64,000 nucleotides of DNA from Spirochaetia bacterium (GTDB lineage Bacteria > Spirochaetota > Spirochaetia > SZUA-6 > Bin103), in NCBI GenBank assembly GCA_965203515.1, contig OZ241907.1, forward strand, positions 3,136,001 to 3,200,000, given 5' to 3'. Position numbers and translations under genes: made by a program. Positions within the stretch are counted from its first letter, which is position 1. Every line of letters begins with the position of its first letter. Below are positions 22,637 through 31,707 of the stretch, one piece after another. Under the pieces are notes generated by a model that searched no databases, was not told the origin of the DNA, and saw only the letters and a program-made list of their open reading frames with translations.

Positions 22637-23944
22637 ATGAGGTTCCCGCTGAAGTACTGTCCCGCAGTGCGGCCGACGACGGCGGTCCGCCGGATCGTTC
22701 TGCCCCTGGTTGCGTGCGTGTTCACGTTGCATTGGGCGGCGGCGCAAGCGCCGGCGCCGAGCGCGCCCGGCGCGCCGAGCGGCCTTGTTGCCACCGCCGG
22801 CAACCGATCGATTGCGCTGACGTGGGACGATCCGAGCGACGAGAACATCGCCGGCTACGAGTTCCGGGTGCACGCCGACCGCGAGCCGGACTGGCGGGAG
22901 TGGAAGGCGATCGCGGGCAGCACGCACGAGACGACCGACCATACGCTGCCTGCGCTCACCAACGGGATGCTCTACCGGGTACAGGTGCGCGCCCGCAACG
23001 CCGCCGGAGCGGGCGAGCCGAGCGAGACGAGCGCCGAGCCGCAAGCGCCGGACGCCGCATCGCCCCCTGGCGCGCCGGACCGGCTTACGGCCATGCCCGG
23101 TGACGGGACGATTTCGTTGACGTGGGACGATCCGAGCGACGCGAGCATCACCGGCTACGAGTTCCGGGTGCACGCCGACCGTGAGTCGGACTGGCGGGAG
23201 TGGAAGGCGATCGCGGGCAGCACGCACGAGACGACCGACCACCGGCTCGACCTGACCAACGGGGTGCGCTATCGGGCGCAGGTACGCGCCCGCAATGCCG
23301 CCGGAGTGGGCGAGTCGAGCGAGACGAGCGCCGAGCCGCAAGCGCCGGCTGCCGAACCTGCGGAGGATGATCGTGCGGAGGATGATCGTGCGGAGGATGC
23401 GGCGGCGGACGAGCCCGTGGCTGACGCGCCGCCTGGTGCGCCGAACCGGCTTGCCGCTGCCGCCGGTGACGGGACGATTTCGTTGGCGTGGGACGATCCG
23501 AGCGACGCGAGCATCACCGGCTATGAGTTCCGGGTGCACGCCGTCGACCGTGAGTCGGACTGGCGGGAGTGGAAGGCGATCGCGGGCAGCACGCACGAGA
23601 CGACCGACCACCGGCTCGACCTGACCAACGGGGTGCTCTATCGGGTGCAGGTACGCGCCCGCAACAGCGCGGGAACGGGCGAGCCGAGCGAAGCGAGCGC
23701 CGAGCCGCAAGCGCCGGACGGCGGCGCCCCGTCGTCGGTCGGAGCCGGCGAAGAGACGGATGCGCCTGACGACAGCGGCGCGGCATCGCAACCTGTGGAA
23801 GGCGCCCCGTCGTCGGCCGGCGAGAGCCCGCGATCCGGCGTGCCGTGGATCGTCATCGTCGTGCTGGCGGTGTGTCTGGCGATCGGCATCGCGATCGCGG
23901 CGGTCCGGTTGCGCGGCACGGCCCGCCGCGGCGCCGAGTCTTGA
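22637..23944 (+). CDS. Surface protein with three fibronectin type III domains, signal peptide and C-terminal TM anchor
   Basis: 3x P.AP..L.A..G...I.L.WDDPSD..I.GYEFRV...L.NG..YRVQVRARN.AG.GE.S; hydrophobic C-terminus followed by a basic tail. Confidence 0.88.
   Translation: MRFPLKYCPAVRPTTAVRRIVLPLVACVFTLHWAAAQAPAPSAPGAPSGLVATAGNRSIALTWDDPSDENIAGYEFRVHADREPDWREWKAIAGSTHETTDHTLPALTNGMLYRVQVRARNAAGAGEPSETSAEPQAPDAASPPGAPDRLTAMPGDGTISLTWDDPSDASITGYEFRVHADRESDWREWKAIAGSTHETTDHRLDLTNGVRYRAQVRARNAAGVGESSETSAEPQAPAAEPAEDDRAEDDRAEDAAADEPVADAPPGAPNRLAAAAGDGTISLAWDDPSDASITGYEFRVHAVDRESDWREWKAIAGSTHETTDHRLDLTNGVLYRVQVRARNSAGTGEPSEASAEPQAPDGGAPSSVGAGEETDAPDDSGAASQPVEGAPSSAGESPRSGVPWIVIVVLAVCLAIGIAIAAVRLRGTARRGAES
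22765..23720 (+). repeat. Three highly similar ~290-bp intragenic repeats, plus a 15-bp GCGGAGGATGATCGT tandem
   Basis: Shared core TGGGACGATCCGAGCGAC at 22823, 23123 and 23489; GACTGGCGGGAGTGGAAGGCGATCGCGGGCAGCACGCACGAGACGACCGACCA identical in all three. Confidence 0.9.
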
Positions 23945-24008
23945 CAAGACCGCCGGACCGACGGAGCGCGCTCCCAAGGCGGCGTTCGTTCGTCGTTGCG
24001 ACCCCGGT

Positions 24009-24037
24009 TTGACAGCGGCGAGCGCTGAACCTACATT
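24009..24037 (+). promoter_or_regulatory. sigma70-type promoter of the rpmH operon
   Basis: TTGACA-N17-TACATT, 26 nt upstream of rpmH. Confidence 0.7.
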
Positions 24038-24063
24038 GGCGGTGCTCCTGGAAGCATACCCTG

Positions 24064-24219
24064 ATGAAACGGACCTATCAGCCAAGCCGCGTTCGCCGAC
24101 GCCGCACCTTCGGATTCCGCGCGCGCATGAAGACACGCGGGGGTCGCATGGTGCTCAAACGACGACGGCGCAAGGGTCGGCACCGGCTGACCGTTTCCGA
24201 TGAACGCAAGCCCTACTAG
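24064..24219 (+). CDS. rpmH: 50S ribosomal protein L34
   Basis: Manual translation [51 protein letters not shown] (too short for the ORF track). Confidence 0.97.
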   Translation: MKRTYQPSRVRRRRTFGFRARMKTRGGRMVLKRRRRKGRHRLTVSDERKPY

Positions 24220-24259
24220 GTGGTTGTCCGGCTGCAGACGACCCTCGACCGGCAGACGG

Positions 24260-24613
24260 ATGGGACGAAACGGCAGGTTCGAGCGGATATCCCGCTCCGG
24301 CGACATAGACCGGCTGTTCCGTACCGGGCGCTTCACCCGGACCAGAGGCATCAAGCTGGGCTACCGCCCAAACGGACGGGACGGTCACCGGGTGGCGTTC
24401 GCTCCTACCCGCAGCCTGCGCCGGGCGGTCGACCGCAATCGACAGAAGCGAATCAGCCGGGAAGCCTACCGCCGGCTCTACGGCGACATCGTCGGATCCT
24501 ATGACTTGGTGTTCGTCATCTATGGTGATGCGACCACCACGACCCGCGAACGGGGCGACGACATGGTGACCGTGCTTGACGCGGCACGGTTGCTCCGGCG
24601 CCGCACGCGGTAG
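24260..24613 (+). CDS. rnpA: Ribonuclease P protein component
   Basis: RNR motif [22 protein letters not shown]; follows rpmH. Confidence 0.9.
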   Translation: MGRNGRFERISRSGDIDRLFRTGRFTRTRGIKLGYRPNGRDGHRVAFAPTRSLRRAVDRNRQKRISREAYRRLYGDIVGSYDLVFVIYGDATTTTRERGDDMVTVLDAARLLRRRTR

Positions 24614-24621
24614 CATCTCCT

Positions 24622-24849
24622 TTGAACGCGCGATCGATGCTACGCGCGGCGGCGGCGGGCGCGGTGCGCGTCTACCAGCTTCTGGCGTCCCCCTGGCTCC
24701 CGCCGTCGTGCCGCTTCACTCCGACCTGCTCGGAATACGCCCGGCAGTCGCTGCTCAAGCACGGCATCGTGCGCGGCGCTTGGTTGGCGCTGCGGCGCCT
24801 CTCGCGCTGCCATCCCCTCGGCTCGGGAGGCTACGACCCGGTCCCGTAG
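24622..24849 (+). CDS. yidD: Membrane protein insertion efficiency factor
   Basis: YQ...SP....[25 protein letters not shown]. Confidence 0.95.
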   Translation: MNARSMLRAAAAGAVRVYQLLASPWLPPSCRFTPTCSEYARQSLLKHGIVRGAWLALRRLSRCHPLGSGGYDPVP

Positions 24850-24867
24850 CGGGGCCTGACACCGACC

Positions 24868-26625
24868 ATGGACGCAAAGACGATCCTTGCCGTAGTCCTT
24901 TCAGTCGGCGTGATATTGGCCTACACGCTCCTGCTGGCGCCCGACCCGGTGCCGTTGACGGAAGGCGATCAGGTACCGGAACAGACCCAGCCGGCGCCGT
25001 CGCTGTTTGGCGGCCGCTCCGCGACCGCGGCTCAGCCGGTGGAGCTCACCGCCAGCCCGGTGGTCGCCGCGCAGACCGAGGCCGGAGTGATCGCCGATGA
25101 CCTGATCCGGCGCGAGACCGACGTCTTCGAGATCGCGTTCTCCCGTACCGGCGGCACGATCGCCTCGTTGCGGCTCAAGGACCACCTCGACGTCGGAGGG
25201 GAGCCGGTCGAGCTGGTACATCGTGCGGAGGATGGAACGGAGTACCTGACCATCGCGTTCGGCGGGGTGCACACGGCGCCCGCCGACGACCCGTTCGCCT
25301 TCCGGCAGATCGACGATCTCACCTGGGAATTCAGCCGGGACTACCTGGCCTCCGACGGCACCCCGTTTCGGTTGATCAAGACCTATCGGTTCAACCTGGA
25401 GTATCTGTTCGAGCTGCGCGTCCGTGTCGAGAACTCCGTCAACTCGGTGCCGGCCCTCGACTTCGACGGCATCAGCTACACGCTCGGCATCGCGCCGCAG
25501 CTCGGGCCGGACTACGAGCGGCTCGACCGGCGCAACGAGTACCGGGAATACATGCGCTACTATCCGGAGGGCAGACGCAAGCGACAGCGGCTGCGCAACG
25601 ACCTCATCGTCGAGGACCGCCGCGTTCGCTGGACCAGCGTCGTCGGCAAGTACTTCACGCTGGTGGTGATACCCGACGAGAGCGACTATCGGATCACCTA
25701 CGACGGACGCCCGGATTCCGACATCGACCGGCGCACCGCCCTGTACCTGGGCCGGCCCACGATCGCCAGCGCGGCGGAGACCGACGTGTTCCGCATCTAC
25801 GCCGGCCCCAAGGACCGCAACACGCTCACCCGCTACAACGATCCGTCGCTGCCGTCCGCCGATCAGCTCCACCTGGAGGAGACCGTCAGCACGGCGGCGA
25901 TCATCGGATGGTTGGCCAATGTCGTGCGGTTCCTGCTCGACGCGTTCTATCGGGTGATTCCCAACTACGGGGTGGCGATCGTCCTGCTCACCGTCTTCAT
26001 CAAGGCGCTGTTCTTTCCGCTGACCCGCAAGAGCTCGGAGTCGACCAAGAGGATGGCGCAGCTTCAGCCGAAGATCGAAGAGCTGCGCAACAAGTTCAAG
26101 GGAAAGCCGGAACGGCTGAACCAGGCGACCATGGAGCTGTACCGTCGCGAGAAGGTGAACCCTATCGGCGGCTGCCTGCCGATGCTGCTGCAGATGCCGA
26201 TCTTCTTTGCGCTGTACACGGTGCTGATCGAGCACTTCGACCTGCGCGGCGCCGCCTTCATCGCGCCCTGGATCGCCGACCTGTCGGCGCCGGAGAGCTT
26301 CCTGCCGTTGGGCTTCCAGCTGCCGCTGCTCGGCTGGGACGAGCTGCGGCTGCTGCCGTTCTTCATGCTCGGCTCCACCTTCCTGCAGACCAAGATCATG
26401 CCGACCGCGCAGGCCGGCAACGTCAGCCAGATGAAGATGCTGCAATACGCGATGCCGATCTTCTTCTTCTTCATCCTCTACGACATGCCTTCGGGACTGG
26501 TCCTGTATTGGACGGTGCAGAACATCCTGACGGTCGCGCAGCAGCTGTACATCAACGGCCGCGGCGACAACCGCGGCAAACCGCGCTCGGGCGGCGCAGC
26601 GGCCCCCAGGAAGCGGCCCGCGTAG
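24868..26625 (+). CDS. yidC: Membrane protein insertase YidC
   Basis: NYGVAIVLLT, LQPKI.EL, NPIGGCLPMLLQMPIFFALY, PSGLVLYW. Confidence 0.96.
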   Translation: MDAKTILAVVLSVGVILAYTLLLAPDPVPLTEGDQVPEQTQPAPSLFGGRSATAAQPVELTASPVVAAQTEAGVIADDLIRRETDVFEIAFSRTGGTIASLRLKDHLDVGGEPVELVHRAEDGTEYLTIAFGGVHTAPADDPFAFRQIDDLTWEFSRDYLASDGTPFRLIKTYRFNLEYLFELRVRVENSVNSVPALDFDGISYTLGIAPQLGPDYERLDRRNEYREYMRYYPEGRRKRQRLRNDLIVEDRRVRWTSVVGKYFTLVVIPDESDYRITYDGRPDSDIDRRTALYLGRPTIASAAETDVFRIYAGPKDRNTLTRYNDPSLPSADQLHLEETVSTAAIIGWLANVVRFLLDAFYRVIPNYGVAIVLLTVFIKALFFPLTRKSSESTKRMAQLQPKIEELRNKFKGKPERLNQATMELYRREKVNPIGGCLPMLLQMPIFFALYTVLIEHFDLRGAAFIAPWIADLSAPESFLPLGFQLPLLGWDELRLLPFFMLGSTFLQTKIMPTAQAGNVSQMKMLQYAMPIFFFFILYDMPSGLVLYWTVQNILTVAQQLYINGRGDNRGKPRSGGAAAPRKRPA

Positions 26626-26693
26626 CGCGAGACCGACGCGGCGATCGATCCAGACGTGAGGGGCGCCAGGCGCGCCGGCGCCTTGAGGAGCAG

Positions 26694-27362
26694 ATGATGG
26701 AGGTTCACGAGTTCGAGGGTCGGACCGAGCAGGAAGCGATCGCCAACGCGATCGAGGCGATGGGTCTGCAAGAGGACGAGATCGACGTCGAAGTGATCAA
26801 GACGCGCTCCGGACTGTTCGGCGGCAGTAAGGTCCGGATCCGGGTGCACGTGGGCGACGATCAGCCCGGCGACGAGTTGGAGGAGCCGGACACGGAGCAG
26901 GAATCCGAGGTGATCGGATTCGTTTCCAAGCTGCTCGGCCGCATGGGGATCGAGGCCGATCTGCGCATCGTCACCCGCGAGGATGACCGGGTCGTGGTCG
27001 AGATGATCTCCGACGACGCCGGCATCATCATCGGCCGGCACGGCGCGACGCTGGAAGCGCTGCAGCTGGTCACCAACATCGCCTGTGGCCGGCGCCATCA
27101 CGACGGACCGCGGGTGATCCTGGATGCCGAGGACTACCGCTATCGGCGCGAACAGAACCTGACCCGTATGGCGATGCGCGTGGCGCGCGACGTGCAGCGC
27201 TCGGGCCGCTCGCAGCTTCTGGAGCCGATGAATCCGTTCGAGCGGCGCCTGGTGCACACGACGATCAGCGGCGTAGAGGACGTCAGCACCGAAAGCGAAG
27301 GCGACGGACCGTACAAGCAGGTTCGCGTCACCTACACCGGAAGCGCGTATCAGCACCGCTGA
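26694..27362 (+). CDS. jag: Jag/EloR (KhpB) RNA-binding protein
   Basis: Jag_N, KH IIGRHGATLEALQ, R3H PMNPFERRLVH; SD GAGGAG before ATG. Confidence 0.94.
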   Translation: MMEVHEFEGRTEQEAIANAIEAMGLQEDEIDVEVIKTRSGLFGGSKVRIRVHVGDDQPGDELEEPDTEQESEVIGFVSKLLGRMGIEADLRIVTREDDRVVVEMISDDAGIIIGRHGATLEALQLVTNIACGRRHHDGPRVILDAEDYRYRREQNLTRMAMRVARDVQRSGRSQLLEPMNPFERRLVHTTISGVEDVSTESEGDGPYKQVRVTYTGSAYQHR

Positions 27363-27375
27363 GCGGTCGCCGACG

Positions 27376-28626
27376 ATGCCGGAGGAGCAGCGAACGGAGG
27401 CGGTCACGACCGGTGGCGGTGGCGGCGGCGCGGCGTCGGCGGTGGAGCGGCTGACGTGCAGCGGTCGGCCGATCGTCATCCTGGGCACCGCTCACGTATC
27501 GCAGCGCAGCGTCGAAGAGGTGCGTGCGGTCCTTGAACGGGAGGCGCCGAAGGTGGTCTGCGTGGAGTTGGACCGGGCGCGCTACCAGACGCTGACCAAA
27601 CCCGATGCGTGGCGCGATCTGGATATCCGTTCAGTGCTGCGCAGCCGGCGCGGGTTTCTGCTGCTGACGAACCTGGTGTTGGCCGCATTCCAGCGGCGCA
27701 TGGGGATGGACGCTCAGGTGCTGCCCGGTTCGGAGATGCTGGCGGCGGTGGAGGTGGCGGAAAAGGCCGGGGCGCGCGTCGAGCTTTGTGATCGGGACGT
27801 ACAGGTGACGCTGCGCCGCGCCTGGTCGCAGAGCGGGCTGTGGGGACGTTCGAAGCTGCTGTCGGCGCTGTTCGTTACCGCGTTCAGCTCCGAGAAGCTC
27901 GCGCCGGAGGAGATCGAGCGGCTGAAGACCGACACGGCGCTCACCAGCATGATCTCCGAGCTTGCCGATTACCTGCCGAAGGCCAAGGCGGTGCTGATCG
28001 ACGAACGCGATCGCTACTTGGCCGCCCGCATCGCGCAGGCGGCCCGCGGCGCCGGCTCGGGTGAGGAGCCGGTCGTCGCGGTGCTGGGCGCCGGTCACAA
28101 AGCGGGGGTGGTGCGAGCGCTTCAGGAGATCGAGGCGGGCGGCGAGCTGCCCGATACCGATGAGCTCGGCGCACCGCCGCCGCGCTCGACCACCGCCCGC
28201 ATCCTGCCGTGGTTGGTGCCGGGAATCGTCGCGGCGGTGGTCGCCGTCGGCTTCGCGCGATCGGGGATCGACCTGACGCTGGCGATGCTCGGCCGCTGGG
28301 TCCTGATCAACGGATCGCTGGCCGCCTTGGGGGCGCTGTTCGCCCTGGCTCATCCGGTTACGGTGATCGTTTCCTTCCTGGCGGCGCCGGTGACCTCCAT
28401 GAACCCGACGATCGGCGTGGGGTTCGTCAGCGGCGCGGTGGAGGCGATGCTCCGCAAGCCGCGGGTGAGCGACTTCGAGTCGATTCACGACGACCTGCTG
28501 AGCGTGCGCGGCTTCTTTCGAAACCGGATCAGCCACGCCCTGGTCGTCTTCCTGGGCGCCAGCCTCGGCAGCATGGTCGGCACCTTCATCGGCCTGCCGC
28601 TGCTGGGGACGCTGCTGTTCCGCTGA
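27376..28626 (+). CDS. TraB/PrgY/GumN family membrane protein
   Basis: LGTAHVS..S, VCVELD..R, PGSEM..A, DRDVQVTLRRAW, LIDERD.YLA, VLGAGH; C-terminal TM segments. Confidence 0.9.
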   Translation: MPEEQRTEAVTTGGGGGGAASAVERLTCSGRPIVILGTAHVSQRSVEEVRAVLEREAPKVVCVELDRARYQTLTKPDAWRDLDIRSVLRSRRGFLLLTNLVLAAFQRRMGMDAQVLPGSEMLAAVEVAEKAGARVELCDRDVQVTLRRAWSQSGLWGRSKLLSALFVTAFSSEKLAPEEIERLKTDTALTSMISELADYLPKAKAVLIDERDRYLAARIAQAARGAGSGEEPVVAVLGAGHKAGVVRALQEIEAGGELPDTDELGAPPPRSTTARILPWLVPGIVAAVVAVGFARSGIDLTLAMLGRWVLINGSLAALGALFALAHPVTVIVSFLAAPVTSMNPTIGVGFVSGAVEAMLRKPRVSDFESIHDDLLSVRGFFRNRISHALVVFLGASLGSMVGTFIGLPLLGTLLFR

Positions 28627-30073
28627 CCATTTCGACCCTGGCCGCATCGACCTTGGTGGCGCCGGCCGGGGCGATCGCCGCCCGCACCGCCTGCCGGAGG
28701 TCCGCTACCGGCTGCCATCCGGCGCCCGGTGCGCCGGCGCCCGGTTCGTCGGCGCTGGGGCCGGGCGCGAGCACGATGCGGATGCCGAGCCCGGCGGCGG
28801 CCCGCCGGCGCCGCTCGGCGCCCGCCGTGCGCCGCACCTGGCCGGCCAGCGTGATCTCGCCGAAGGCCGCCACCGTGGCGGCCGGGGTCAGCTCGGTGCG
28901 CGCGCCGTACAGCGCCAGGGCGATCGGCAGGTCGGCGGCTACGTCACGCAGCCGCATGCCGCCGGCGACGTTCATGTAGATGTCGCGGTCCAGAAACGGC
29001 ACCTGCACCGAGCGCTGCAGCACGGCGGCGATGCGCGCCACCCGCCCGATGTCGATGCGGTCGGAGACGATGCGGGGGCTGGACCGTTGCGCCGGCACCA
29101 CCAGCGCCTGCACTTCCACGCACAGCACCCGCGAGCCTTCGTAGATCGCGGCGACCGTCACCCCGGGCGGCGGTCGGCTCCCGTCCGCGTGCTCGACGAA
29201 CCGCGACGACGGGTCGCTGATCTGCCGCAGACCGCGGCCGGTCATCTCGAACAGCGCCACCTCTTCGACCGGCCCGAACCGGTTCTTGGCCGCGCGCAGA
29301 AAGCGCAGCTCCGCGGTTCCGGTCTCGAAGGAGAGGACCACGTCGACCATGTGCTCGATCGCCTTGGGGCCGGCGATGCCGCCCTCCTTGGTGACGTGCG
29401 CCACCAGCAGGGTGATCGCGTTGCGCGCGTGCGTCCAACCGGTCAGGGCATCGCAGATCTCCTTGATCTGATTCACGGCGCCCGGCTGCGCGCTGGAGCC
29501 GGTTGCGATCAGCGCCTGCAGCGAGTCGACGATCAACGCCGCCGGGCGCGCGGTGTCCAGCAGCCGCAGGAGATCGTCCAGCCGGTTGCCGGCCCACACT
29601 TCCAGCCGCGGTGCCTGCAGTTGCAGGCGATCGGCGCGCAGCCGCAGGTGTTCGGCCGATTCTTCGGCGCTTACGTAGAGCACGCGGCCGGCCGTCTGCA
29701 GCTTCGCGCCGACCTGCAGGAGCAGGGTCGACTTGCCGACGCCCGGCTCGCCGCCGATCAGCGTGGTGGAGCCGCGCATGAAGCCGCCGCCGAGCACGCG
29801 GTCGAGTTCGCCGTTGCCGGAGGCGACCCGCAGCCCGGGATCCGCTTCGATAGCCGTAAGCGGCACCGCCAGCGGCGTCTCGGAAGTCGCGGCGGCGCCG
29901 CCGCCGACCTCGCGAAAGCTGTTCCATTCGCCGCAGTTGGGGCAACGTCCCAGCCACTTGGGCTCGCGCCGCTCGCATTGCGCGCAGACGAACAGGCGCT
30001 GTTCGCGTCCGGCCTGCCTGGCAGCCGGCCGCATCCTGGCGCCCGGCCGCTTGGCAGCCGACTCGCCGCTCAT
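28586..30073 (-). CDS. radA: DNA repair protein RadA/Sms
   Basis: C4 zinc finger (CAQC..WLGRCPNC), GEPGVGKSTLLLQ, HVTKEG.IAGPK, KNRFG, Lon-like C-terminus; ATGA overlap with rdgB. Confidence 0.95.
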   Translation of the reverse strand: MSGESAAKRPGARMRPAARQAGREQRLFVCAQCERREPKWLGRCPNCGEWNSFREVGGGAAATSETPLAVPLTAIEADPGLRVASGNGELDRVLGGGFMRGSTTLIGGEPGVGKSTLLLQVGAKLQTAGRVLYVSAEESAEHLRLRADRLQLQAPRLEVWAGNRLDDLLRLLDTARPAALIVDSLQALIATGSSAQPGAVNQIKEICDALTGWTHARNAITLLVAHVTKEGGIAGPKAIEHMVDVVLSFETGTAELRFLRAAKNRFGPVEEVALFEMTGRGLRQISDPSSRFVEHADGSRPPPGVTVAAIYEGSRVLCVEVQALVVPAQRSSPRIVSDRIDIGRVARIAAVLQRSVQVPFLDRDIYMNVAGGMRLRDVAADLPIALALYGARTELTPAATVAAFGEITLAGQVRRTAGAERRRRAAAGLGIRIVLAPGPSADEPGAGAPGAGWQPVADLRQAVRAAIAPAGATKVDAARVEMVSGTAASPAAAGR

Positions 30074-30660
30074 CGCTGCGCGGCGGCCGGCGCTTCCAGC
30101 AGGATCTGCCGGAGGCGCCGGAGAGCGCGGCCCCGATGGGAGATCGCGTCCTTGGCCGCGCCGTCCATCCGGGCGAAGGTCGCATCGGCGCCGCGCGGCC
30201 GGAAGATCGGGTCGTAGCCGAAGCCGCCGTCGCCCTGCGGAGCGCGTACCACGGTGCCCGCCACGGTCTCCTGCACGATCAGCAGCCGCTGATCGGCCAG
30301 CACCACCGCTACGCAGCACACGAACAGCGCCGAGCGGTCGGCTGAACCGGCCAGGGCGTCCAGCAGGAGGAGGTTGCGCCGCTGCTGGGTGACGTCGCCT
30401 CCGTAGCGCGCGGACCGCACGCCGGGCGCGCCGCCGAGCGACGGTACCACCAGACCCGAGTCATCGGCCGCCGCCGCCATACCGGTCATGGCGAACAGCT
30501 GGCGAGCCTTGCCGAGTGCGTTGTCGACGAAGGTTGCGCCGCGTTCGTCGTAGCAGAACGTCAGCCCCCGGTCGCGCGGCGTCAGAAACCGCACCTCGGG
30601 CAAGACGCGGCGAAACTCCCGGGCCTTGCCGGCGTTGGTGCTGGCCAGTAGCAGCGTCAA
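30070..30660 (-). CDS. rdgB: Non-canonical purine NTP pyrophosphatase (RdgB/HAM1)
   Basis: STNAGK.REF, NALGKA, ADDSGL, PGVRSARY, GFGYDPIF, SHRGRAL. Confidence 0.95.
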   Translation of the reverse strand: MTLLLASTNAGKAREFRRVLPEVRFLTPRDRGLTFCYDERGATFVDNALGKARQLFAMTGMAAAADDSGLVVPSLGGAPGVRSARYGGDVTQQRRNLLLLDALAGSADRSALFVCCVAVVLADQRLLIVQETVAGTVVRAPQGDGGFGYDPIFRPRGADATFARMDGAAKDAISHRGRALRRLRQILLEAPAAAQR

Positions 30661-31502
30661 GTGAAGCGCAGCCTATCGTGGGCGAAGCGGCGCTTCAACC
30701 AGAACAGCCCGGTATCGACGGTGCCCTTGGGGATGCCGAGCAGTTGGGCGATCTGGCGGTTGCTCGGTCCCAGGCGTACCACCCGCATCTCGGCCCGGGC
30801 GTTGGTCGCCGTCCCGCGCACGCGCCGGAGCCGTGTCTTCAGGAGCTGCCGCCGCTCTGCGTCGGGCTCGGCGAGCAGTTGCCCCTCGATCATCCGCGCC
30901 GTCGCGAACGCCCGATTGCTCCGTTCGCGCAACCGGCGCCACCGACGCTGCGAGCCCGCGGTCGCTTGGCGGGCGCGCCCGATCAACGCCGGCAGGTCGG
31001 AGCGGTCGCACAGACCGGCCCACGCCGACACCTGCGTGTCCGGGAGCCGGTGACAGTTCTTGAGGACGGCGAACAGCACCCGTCGGCGGGTGGCGCCGTC
31101 GTCCAGGCCGGCCGCGGCGCTCGGCGCGCCCTGCTCCGGCGCCCGCTGCTCCGGCGCCCGGGGCGTGTCGGCCGCCAGCGCCGCGGCCTCCGCATCCCAC
31201 AACGCCGAAGTGCCGGCGAGCCGCCATGCGGCCTCGCGGCGGTCTTTGGAGCGGTAGTAGCTGCTGAGCTGCCACGTCAGCACCGATCGGAGGTATGCCT
31301 CGAACGGCCGCCCCTGGTCCTCGAAACGTTCGACCGCCTCCTGCAGACGCGGCCGGCAGAACAGATAGAACTCGCCGCAGTCGTCTTCTTCGTGCTGCCG
31401 GCCGTTCCACAGCGGAAAGCGATACGCGTACGCGCCGACCCGATCGAACAACTCGCGCCGACCCGTTCCCGTGCGCTGGTAGCGTACTACCGCTGCCGTC
31501 AT
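30657..31502 (-). CDS. Uncharacterised sigma70-family-like protein (sigma2-like N-terminus, sigma4-type HTH)
   Basis: EDDCGEFYLF...L..AVERF......FEAYL...L resembles region 2; SNRQIAQLLGIPKGTVDTGL resembles region 4.2; SD GAGG before ATG 31502 (alternative start 31538). Confidence 0.65.
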   Translation of the reverse strand: MTAAVVRYQRTGTGRRELFDRVGAYAYRFPLWNGRQHEEDDCGEFYLFCRPRLQEAVERFEDQGRPFEAYLRSVLTWQLSSYYRSKDRREAAWRLAGTSALWDAEAAALAADTPRAPEQRAPEQGAPSAAAGLDDGATRRRVLFAVLKNCHRLPDTQVSAWAGLCDRSDLPALIGRARQATAGSQRRWRRLRERSNRAFATARMIEGQLLAEPDAERRQLLKTRLRRVRGTATNARAEMRVVRLGPSNRQIAQLLGIPKGTVDTGLFWLKRRFAHDRLRFT

Positions 31503-31550
31503 CGATTCCTCGGATTCCCTGATCTCGGTCCTTATCATGCGGATCAGAGA

Positions 31551-31566
31551 AGCAGGAATCGTGCCA
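31551..31566 (-). promoter_or_regulatory. sigma54 (-24/-12) promoter
   Basis: Minus strand TGGCACGATTCCTGCT versus consensus TGGCACG-N4-TTGCW: one mismatch, correct GG-N10-GC spacing, intergenic. Confidence 0.7.
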
Positions 31567-31632
31567 GGGACGGCGCTGAGGGAATGGGCGTTCTGCAGGT
31601 CTTGCAGCGCCCGTTCCGCGCACCACCCTTTA

Positions 31633-31650
31633 CCTGTATTTACCTACAGG
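31633..31650. promoter_or_regulatory. Palindrome, candidate enhancer-binding-protein site
   Basis: CCTGTA-N6-TACAGG about 95-110 bp upstream of the predicted sigma54 start site. Confidence 0.4.
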
Positions 31651-31707
31651 GGAGAGCGGGCCTCGCCGGTTCGGCGGCACGCGACCGGGTTTGCGGTGAC
31701 GGTTACA

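Noticed and set aside
22765..23720. FN3 repeats as a diversity-generating retroelement template/variable pair
   Set aside because: No reverse transcriptase in the window, all copies lie in frame in one gene, and I saw no obvious adenine-specific differences
27376..28626. TraB as evidence of a conjugative element
   Set aside because: This is the chromosomal TraB/PrgY/GumN family; no relaxase or T4SS genes are present
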